In this document: positions 53,965 to 64,000 of the stretch, one piece after another
How the letters are laid out: every line of letters begins with the position of its first letter
Position numbering within the stretch: the first letter of the stretch is position 1
Source: Octopus vulgaris
Taxonomy: Eukaryota
DNA length: 64,000 nucleotides
Direction: 5' to 3'
Assembly: GCA_951406725.2 (NCBI GenBank)
Contig: OX597823.1
Span: 102,548,001 to 102,612,000 of the forward strand
Position numbers and translations under genes: made by a program
Notes under the pieces: model-generated
What the model saw: the letters and a program-made list of their open reading frames with translations, nothing else
Databases searched by the model: none
What the model was told of the DNA's origin: nothing

Positions 53965-56597
53965 CATACCTGACAACATTTTAATGATGGGAGATTTCAA
54001 CCTTCCCGGGGTTGACTGGTCTACAAACAGTCTGCCGCCAGGTTCTTCTCTCTCAACCCCTGACAGGGAGGCAGTGGAATCGCTTCTTGACTTCATGGAT
54101 GACTTCTTCTTGTCCCAACTGGTACTCGAACCAACGAGATGTCACAAAAACGTCTTAGACTTAATTTTCAGCAATCACACTGATACTATCCACAATATTG
54201 CAGTGGAGAAAACCCTACTCTCCGACCATGACATGGTTCTCTGTGATCTGAGATTTCACTGGCCAAAATGCAAAACAAATGTCATCCCTCCTGTTCATCC
54301 ATTTGACACTATGGATTTCCACAATGCAAACTGGGAAGCGATCAATAATGATCTTGCACAAGTCGATTGGTCCTTCGCGCACACATACACACCCACTAAC
54401 ATCAAAAAGTCCTGGCAGTCACTTGTAGACACCATCACGAACATATGTGCAAGACACACCCCATTAAGATCTGCAAACAAATCTAAGTGTCGAATCCCTA
54501 GAAATAGAAAATCTCTCATAAGGAAAATTAAAAGAATCAACAAAAAGATCAACATGCTGAAATACTGTCAACAGCAACACACCAACCTGACTGCCATCTC
54601 GTCGCTAGAGATTAAAAAACATAAACTCCAAAACAACATGATGTCTATCATCAATAGTCAGCGAAGAGCTGAAGAGGCCTGGGCCATTGAGAAGATCAAA
54701 CTCAATCCCAAAGTGTTCTTTTCATTTGCAAAAAAACACAGAGTCACTGGTTCTACTGTTGGCCCTCTGATTGATGAAAATGGTATTCTTCAAGACAATG
54801 CCAAAACCATGGGAGAAATATTGCAGAAACAATATTGCTCTGTTTTCAGCAATCCTGATATGACTGATCTGGGCTGTATCAGTGATGTTACTCCCCAATA
54901 CACTTTATCGGACATAACATTTGGCGCTCCTGATGTCTTAGCAGCAATAAAGGAAATGAAGCATAATTCAGCAGTAGGTCCCGATAGGTTCCCTGCTTGT
55001 GTCTTGAAGATGTGTCAAAACCAACTTGCACCCCCTCTAGCCAATCTGTGGCGGAACTCATTGGATGCTGGATATATACCAGAAGACCTTCTATCCCAGT
55101 CTGTTGTCCCAGTTTTCAAAAAAGGAAACAAATCGCTTGCCGTGAATTACCGTCCAATCTCACTCACCTCTCATATCATCAAGGTATTTGAGAGGGTGCT
55201 GAGATCGCGTATGACTCACTTCCTTGAGAGTCATAATATGCTGAACCCCAACCAGCATGGATTCCGTAATGGGAGAGATTGCCTGACGCAGCTACTGCAT
55301 CATTTTGATGACATTTTGAGAGCCTTGGGAGAGGGTTCCAACACTGATGTCATCTACCTTGATTTCAGCAAGGCCTTTGACAGGGTTGATCATAAGATCC
55401 TTCTGAGAAAGCTGTCCAATATTGGTGTCACTGGAAAGCTGCTGCAATGGATCAAGTGCTTCCTCTCTAACAGAACCCAACATGTTGTAGTCGAAGGAGT
55501 CAAATCCAGCCCAGCCAAAGTCAGCAGTGGTGTCCCACAAGGCACTGTGTTGGGCCCACTTCTCTTCATCATCTACATAAATGATATTACTGACACCATC
55601 AAACACAGCAACATCAGAACCTTCGCTGATGATTCCAAGCTCCAGAAGGTCATCAATGGCGTGGATGACCGAATAAACCTTCAGTCAGACCTACTAGCTG
55701 TTGTCCAATGGGCGGAAAAGAATAACATGTTGCTAAATGAAGACAAATTCGAACTGATCCACTTTGGAAGGGAGGACGCTCTGAAACTCCCATACTCTCT
55801 TCCTTCTGGAGAAATTCTCATGGCATCCAACAACATCAGAGACCTGGGAGTAACAGTGGACAACAACATAAGCTGGGCTACACATATAAGCAGCAAAGTT
55901 GACATGGCCCGCAGAATGTGTTCCTGGATTCTCAGAACCTTCCAGTCGAGAGATTCCCACGCTATTATCCTTCTCTTCTCCACTTTTGCCCGACCCCACC
56001 TTGAATACTGCTGTCCACTGTGGTCTCCCTACACAAAACAAAATATTATGAGAATTGAAGCTCCCCAAAGGTCAATCACAAAAAAGATAGATGGCATGTC
56101 AGACCTTGACTACTGGGGTAGACTAGAGAAGCTGAAATTGTATTCACTCCAACGACGCCGTGAACGCTACATTATCTGTATGATGTGGAAAATATTCCAT
56201 CAGCACTGTCCGAATGATGTTGGCATCACCTTCAAAATGCATCCAAGGCTTGGACCACGTGCCATCCGTCCACAACAAAAATCTAAATCGCATCACATAA
56301 CGACAATACGGCACAACTATTTCACCTCAATTGGACCCGCTCTCTTCAACATTACACCAGGACACGTCAAAAAAGAAACTGACCACACAAAATTCAAGAA
56401 GTCTTTGGACAAATTCCTTCAAACAGTACCGGACAAACCATCCACACCCGGATATGTCTCCGCAAACAATAACTCTCTGCTCGAATGGGCCTTGGTGCCC
56501 AAATCCTGAACTGAAAGACTTCGCCAGGTGGTGCTATTAAGTTAGACATGGCCTGGGCCAATACTGGCCAAAAACCTTTCTAAGTTATTCTAAGTTA
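53965..56597 (+). mobile_element. CR1-like LINE, 5'-truncated, ORF2 uninterrupted to the stop at 56509
   Basis: APE C-terminus (MGDFNLP, LDLIF, SDH); RT ([38 protein letters not shown]); [11 protein letters not shown]; short 3' UTR ending (TTCTAAGTTA)x2. Confidence 0.93.
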
Positions 56598-56725
56598 TAT
56601 ATATGTATATTTATGTATATATATATGTATATTTATGTATATATATATATGTATATTTATATATATATATGTATATTTATATATATATATGTGTGTGTTT
56701 ATATTTATATATATATATATGTATG

Positions 56726-56797
<72 letters not shown>

Positions 56798-56832
56798 ATT
56801 TATATATATATATATGTATATTTATATATATA

Positions 56833-56872
<40 letters not shown>

Positions 56873-57023
56873 GTATATTTATATATATATATATGTATAT
56901 TTATATATATATATATGTATATTTATATATATATGTATATTTATATATATATATATATATATATGTATATGTATATGTATATTTATATGTATATGTATAT
57001 TTATATATTTATTTGTATATGTA

Positions 57024-57058
<35 letters not shown>

Positions 57059-57063
<5 letters not shown>

Positions 57064-57969
57064 AGAGAGACGATTGCGCTGGTATGGTCATGTGGCGAGA
57101 ATGGATGAAGATAGGTGTGTGAGAAAGTGCCAATCCCTAGCAGTTGAGGGAACCCATGGAAGAGGTAGACCCAGGAAAACCTGGGACGAGGTGGTGAAGC
57201 ACGACCTTCGGACGTTAGGTCTCATCATGGAAATGACTAGAGACCGAGACCTATGGAAGTATGCTGTGCGTGAGAAGACCCGGCAAGACTAGTGGAGCCA
57301 TATCCCGTGGCCCCTACCTGGGACGTGGTCAGTCCACCTGTGCATACCTTCCTTATTGTGACACTTGAGAAGACCTGTTGAGGCAAGTGAAAATCAAAAT
57401 CAAAACCAAATCAAAATAGATGTACATCAATGGAATTTGTATCCTATTTGTATCCTTTTATGGTACCAGTGCCGGTGGCACATAAGAAAACCATCTGAAC
57501 GTGACCGTAGCCAGTACCGCATCGACTGGCCTCCGTGCTGAGGGCACGTAACAAATACCATCCGAGCGTGGCCGTTCACCAGCCTCGTCTGGCACCTGTG
57601 CCGGTGACACATAAGAAAACACCATCCGAGCGTGGCCGTCTGCCAGCCTCATCTGGCACCTGTGTCGGTGGCACATAAAAAACACCATCCGAGCGTGGCT
57701 GTCTGCCAGCCTCGTCTGGCACCTGTATCGGTGGCACATAAAAAACACCATCCGAGCGTGGCCGTCTGCCAGCCTCATCTGGCATCTGTGTTGGTGGCAC
57801 ATAAAATCACCCTCTACACTCTCGGAGTGGTTGGCGTTAGGAAGGGCATCCAGCTGTAGAAACACTGCCAGATCTGACTGGCCTGGTGCAGCCTTCGGGC
57901 TTGCCAGACCCCAGTTGAACCATCCAACCCATGCTAGCATGGAAAGCAGACGTTAAACGATGATGATGA

Positions 57970-57970
<1 letters not shown>
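57059..57970 (+). mobile_element. RTE-clade LINE 3' end with long 3' UTR
   Basis: [14 protein letters not shown]...[17 protein letters not shown]...RDRDLWK* (stop at 57292); the UTR has four ~63-bp tandem units and a (GAT)n tail. Confidence 0.88.
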
Positions 57971-58020
<50 letters not shown>

Positions 58021-58021
58021 G

Positions 58022-60165
58022 TAGCCATATGCTACAAATGTGTCCCAGAGAGAAAGGCCACTGTACACAAGAACAAAATACCCAGAGAGAGGAAAATTTT
58101 AATGAGACGGCGTACAAAAATTTGAAATCGCCTAAACAAACAAATTGAAAGCAGTGAAAAGTCCCGCCTGAAAATAAAACTGTTGGAAATTGAAAATTGT
58201 CTGCAACTCTCCCATGAGAAGGAAAGAGCAGACAAAGAAGCCTGGGCTATAGACAACATAAAAACTAACCCCAGAGCTTTCTACAGGTATGCCAAAGAAA
58301 CAGCTACGGTGCACTGTAGGGCCACTCCTTGAAAAGGATGGCACACTCACAGGAAAACCAATGAGGGTAAGTGAAATACTGAATGAACAATTCAAGAGTG
58401 TTTTCGCTCCACCCCTTGGGCATTTCCAAATCAGCAATCCAACTGACTTCTTTACCACTGCAGATATAGAATCAGAGGCGGCGACGATAAATTACATTGA
58501 TATAAAGGAAGACGATGTAATAAAGGCTATAGATGAAATGAAAACAGACTCAGCTATTGGCCCCGATGGATTCCCGGCAATCCTCCTAAAAGTATGTAAG
58601 AGAGTCCTAGCAAGACCACTGCAGTTCCTCTTTCAGAGCTTCCTTGCAGCTGGCAAACTTCCAAGAAAACTGAAGGAAGGTAAAATATGCCCTATTCATA
58701 AAGGAGGTAGCAGAGCGGAGGCCAAGAACTACAGACCTATCTCTCTGACCTCACACATCAGCAAGGTCATTGAAGAAAATGACTTGCTGCCTGACACCCA
58801 ACATGGTTTCCAACCAGGAAGAAGCTGCTTAACTCAGCTCCTGCAGCACTATGACTGGGTGCTGAAACAACTGCTCAACCACTCAAATGTGGAAGTCATG
58901 TATCTCGACTTCGCAAAGGCCTTCGATAAAGTCGATCATGGAATGATATGTCACAAACTGCGTGATCTTGGCATAGTTGGAAAACTAGGAGAATGGCTTC
59001 ATGACTTTCTGAAGAATAGAAGTCAGGTGGTAGCAGCCAATGGGGCTACTTCCATTAGCACGCAAATAGTGAGCGGTGTTCCACAGGGCACTGTTTTAGG
59101 ACCACTACTGTTCATAATGGCCCTCTCAGACATGCCCTCAGCCACGCAGAGAGCCACGATCACAAGTTATGCAGATGATACAAAAGTTTCACAGGCAATA
59201 CAGAACCCTGAAGACACTAAGCACCTGCAATGTGAGCTGGACGAAATATACAAGTGGGCTGAAAAGAATAGCATGCAGTTCAATGCTGAAAAGTTTCAAG
59301 CTTTATACTATCAGCATGCAAAACTGAATGAAATACCCAATGAATACACTGGACCCGGAGGGATTGCAATCCCAGAGGCACAATCAGTGCGTGACCTGGG
59401 TATTCACATGAGTGATGACGCGACCTTTCATGTACATGTTGCTAAACTGACAATGAAATGTAGACGGCTGGCTGGATGGATTCTTAGAACCTTTAGAACA
59501 AGAGAACAAGAAACCATGATGGTCCTCTGGAAGACACTTGTCCTAAGCCACTTTGACTATTGCTCTCAGCTATGGTCACCATCCAGTGTCAAGTTGATCA
59601 CAGAACTTGAAGCGATCCAACGAAGCTACACGAAGAAGATAGCCTCTGTGCAGCATATGAGCTACTGGGAGAGACTCAAGAGATTAAAGCTCTATTCCCT
59701 GGAGTGTAGGCGAGAAAGATATGCCATAATATATATCTGGAAGATCCTGGAAGGTCTTGTCCCAGACTTTGGCATCGAGAGTCACAAAAATGCCAGAACC
59801 GGACGCCACTGCGTAGTACCAAGGACTCCAAATTTGCCATCAAGATGTAGGACAAGATATTGTGATAGCCTGGGCTTCAGAGGCCCACGGCTCTTTAATA
59901 TCCTCCCGAAGAACCTGAGAGACCTGCATGGTGTAGATGCGGATGTCTTTAAAGTAGGACTGGATCTCTTCCTGTCAGGTGTCCCGGATGAACCAACTTC
60001 ACGGCAGGAGGGGCAGATGAGGGCAGCTGCATCGAACTCTCTCATGCATCAGATGGCGTTTGCTAAAAAGTATCCGTGAGGTAAAACCGTGTAGCAAACC
60101 AAATGGCGGTGCCCCAGCATGGCCACAGCTCATTAGCTGAAACTGGAAAAACAAAATCAAAATCA
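58022..60165 (+). mobile_element. Second CR1-like LINE family, 5'-truncated, defective RT ORF (58289-60079)
   Basis: [46 protein letters not shown]. Frameshift near 58290 and a short deletion after HISKVI relative to the neighbouring LINE. Confidence 0.92.
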
Positions 60166-60169
60166 TATG

Positions 60170-60206
<37 letters not shown>

Positions 60207-60212
60207 GTATAC

Positions 60213-60487
<275 letters not shown>

Positions 60488-60498
60488 GTATATATGTA

Positions 60499-60603
<105 letters not shown>

Positions 60604-60724
60604 GTATGTATATATATATGTATATATATATATATATATGTATATGTATGTATATATATATGTATATATATATATATATATATGTGTATATATATATGTA
60701 TATATATATATATATGTGTATATA

Positions 60725-60789
<65 letters not shown>

Positions 60790-60810
60790 ATATATATATA
60801 TATATATATA

Positions 60811-61458
60811 TGCAGTTCCTCTTTCAGAGCTTCCTTGCAGCTGGCAAACTTCCAAGAAAACTGAAGGAAGGTAAAATATGCCCTATTCAGAACTTGAGGC
60901 GATCCAACGAAGCTACACGAAGAAGATAGCCTCTATGCAGAATGTAAGCTACTGGGAAAGACTCAAGAGATTAAAATTATATTCCCTGGAGCGTAGGCAG
61001 GAAAGATATGCCATAATATACATCTGGAAGATCCTGGAGGGAAGTGTCCTGAACTTTGGCATCGAGAGTTACGCAAACGCCAGAACTGGGCGCCACTGCG
61101 TGGTGCCTAGGACTCCAAACTTGCCATCAAGATGTAGGACAAGATTCTGTGATAGCCTGGGCTTCCGAGGCCCACAGCTCTTCAATATCCTCCCGATGAA
61201 CCTGAGAGACCTGCATGGGGTGGATACAGATGTCTTTAAAATGGAGCTGGATCTCTTCCTGTCAGGTGTCCCAGATGAACCAACTTCACGGCAGGAGGTG
61301 CAGATGAGGGCAGCTGCATCGAACTCTCTCATGCACCAAATAGCAGTTGCTAGAAAGCCTCCATGAAGTGAAACCAAGTAGCAACACCAAATGGCGGTGC
61401 CCCAGCATGGCCACAGCTCATAAGCTGAAACTGGAATCAATCAATCAATCAATCAATC
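60811..61458 (+). mobile_element. Internally deleted copy of the second CR1-like family
   Basis: First 79 nt match 58620-58698, then the sequence jumps to the equivalent of ~59601; ends in (ATCA)n. Confidence 0.9.
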
Positions 61459-61523
61459 ATATATGTATGTGTATATATATATATATGTATGTATATATAT
61501 ATGTATACATATATATATATATG

Positions 61524-61588
<65 letters not shown>

Positions 61589-62375
61589 CATCATCATCAT
61601 CATCATCATTTAGCGTCCGTTTTCCATGCTAGCATGGGTTGGACGGTTCAACTGGGGTCTGGGAAGCCCGAAGGCTGCACCAGGCCAGTCAGATCTGGCA
61701 GTGTTTCTACAGCTGGATGCCCTTCCTAACGCCAACCACTCCGAGAGTGTAGTGGGTGATTTTATGTGCCACCGACACAGGTGCCAGACGAGGCTGGCAG
61801 ACGGCCACGCTCGGATGGTGTTTTTATGTGCCACCGACACAGGTGCCAGATGAGGCTGGCGGACGGCCACGATCGGATGGTGTTTGTTACGTCCCCAAAG
61901 CACGGATGCCAGTCTATGCGGTACTGGCTACAACCACGTTCGGATGATTTTCTTGTGTGCCACCGGCACTGGTACCACAAAGATACAAATTCCATTGATG
62001 TTCATCTATTTTGATTTGTTTTGATTTGATTTGATTTTCACTTGCCTCAACAGGTCTTCACAAGTGTCACAAGAAGGAAGGTATGCACAGGTGGACTGAC
62101 TACGTCCCAGGTAGGGGCCACGGGTTATGGCCTGACTAGTCTTGCCGGGTCTTCGGATGGTGTTTTTATGTGCCACCGACACAGGTGCCAGATGAGGCTG
62201 GCGAACGGCCACGATCGGATGGTTTTCTTGTGTGCCACCGGTACTGGAACCACAAAGATACAAATTCCATTGATGTTCATCTATTTTGATTTGGTTTGAT
62301 TTTCACTTGCCTCAACAGGTCTTCACAAGTTTGGTTTGATTTTCACTTGCCTCAACAGATCTTCACAAGTGTCAC
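61589..62375 (-). mobile_element. RTE-clade LINE 3' UTR, reverse copy with local duplications
   Basis: Reverse complement of ~57275-57970, followed by re-duplicated sub-blocks at 62154-62375. Confidence 0.85.
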
Positions 62376-62420
62376 ACGTGTCACACACTTGCCTCTGCCT
62401 CATATATATATATATGTATG

Positions 62421-62454
<34 letters not shown>

Positions 62455-62490
62455 TGTATGTATATGTATATATATATATATATGTATATA

Positions 62491-62533
<43 letters not shown>

Positions 62534-62534
62534 A

Positions 62535-62908
62535 TGGCTGTGTGGTAAGTAGCTTGCTAACCAACCACATGGTTCCGGGTTCAGTCCCACTGCGTGGCAC
62601 CTTGGGCAAGTGTCTTCTTCTATAGCCCCGGGCCGACCAATGCCTTGTGAGTGGATTTGGTAGACGGAAACTGAAAGAAGCCTGTCGTATGTATATATAT
62701 ATATATGTGTGTGTGTGTGTCTGTGTTCGTGCCCCTAGCATTGCTTGACAACCGATGCTGGTGTGTTTACGTCCCCGTCACTTAACGGTTCGGCAAAAGA
62801 GACCGATAGAATAAGTACTGGGCTTAATAAGTCCCAGGGTCGATTTGCTCGACTAAAGGCGGTGCTCCAGCATGGCCACAGTCAAATGACTGAAACAAGT
62901 AAAAGAGT
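62535..62908 (+). mobile_element. tRNA-derived SINE family A
   Basis: Collinear with 5206-5580. Confidence 0.88.
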
Positions 62909-62919
62909 TTATATATATG

Positions 62920-62990
<71 letters not shown>

Positions 62991-63007
62991 GTATATATGT
63001 ATATATG

Positions 63008-63038
<31 letters not shown>

Positions 63039-63039
63039 G

Positions 63040-63071
<32 letters not shown>

Positions 63072-63667
63072 TGTATATCTTTCTTCTCCTCCCTCGTCCA
63101 CCTTCTCTCTCTTTTCATCTGTCCCTTTCTCCTGTCTTTTGTTCTCACGTGACCGCTAGCCGCTGTTGAGCGCTCTTTTCGTTCCAGCAGCCGCCGAAGC
63201 AACACGTATTTGTTCGTCTCCCTGCGGCCATTAGGCACAACTTCATAAGCCAGCCCCATACTCAACTCGTCCTGTCGAAAGACCCTTGTCCTACGTCCTG
63301 GTTTTGTTTTGTTGTTTATTTTTTATTTTTACCGTTATTGTTTTTACGTTTTTGTATTCTTATTGGTGTCACGTATTCTGTATTTTTGTTCGTGTACTTC
63401 GTTCGTTTTCCGTCCTCGTGTTGTATACATTCGAAGCTTTCTTCCAGGGGATCTAATGCGCTTGGCTTAGATTTCCCTTGGCGGGCTGCCCATATCGGAG
63501 CAATCTCAAGATTAATCAGCCGAAATTGCTAAGATGATCTGGTTCTTGACTGATGACTGAGGGCTTCGAATGTCCCGTCCTGTGGTTCTTGTGTCGTCTC
63601 TGTGGTGTTTCATGTTCTTGTCCATGTCTGTAATTATTTTTACTGTTTACCTATGTATATATATATG

Positions 63668-63770
<103 letters not shown>

Positions 63771-63779
63771 GTATATATG

Positions 63780-63812
<33 letters not shown>

Positions 63813-63895
63813 GTATATATGTATATGTATATATGTATATGTATATATGTATATGTATATATATATATGTATATATATATGTATATATGTATATG

Positions 63896-64000
<105 letters not shown>

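Noticed and set aside
63516-63565. CAGCCGAAATTGC...CTGATGA as a permuted hammerhead
   Set aside because: Stems II and III cannot be paired convincingly. The surrounding 63080-63650 looks like an unclassified repeat.

Overview
AT-rich, repeat-saturated eukaryotic DNA. The SINE and LINE families and the (TA)n load suggest a coleoid cephalopod such as Octopus (inference). The only host gene recognised is three + strand internal exons of a SMAP1/SMAP2-type ArfGAP gene (8690-8823, 26090-26175, ~30924-31014); the rest is intronic or intergenic. The intron after the second of these exons has a textbook U12 (minor spliceosome) donor, and its acceptor may be a non-canonical GG. Mobile DNA includes a defective mariner, two mariner-derived MITEs, a non-autonomous piggyBac-like element, a non-autonomous Helitron, two Penelope-like element (PLE) fragments, three CR1-like LINE pieces, RTE 3' ends, an RLE-type relic and two tRNA-derived SINE families. 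The most unusual signal is four unrelated repeats carrying type I hammerhead-ribozyme folds in PLE-like inverted or tandem arrangements. One is a ~350-bp retrozyme-like unit with a compensatory U3:A8 catalytic core, and another is joined to a tRNA-like head. The long YIYI ORFs are microsatellite artefacts.
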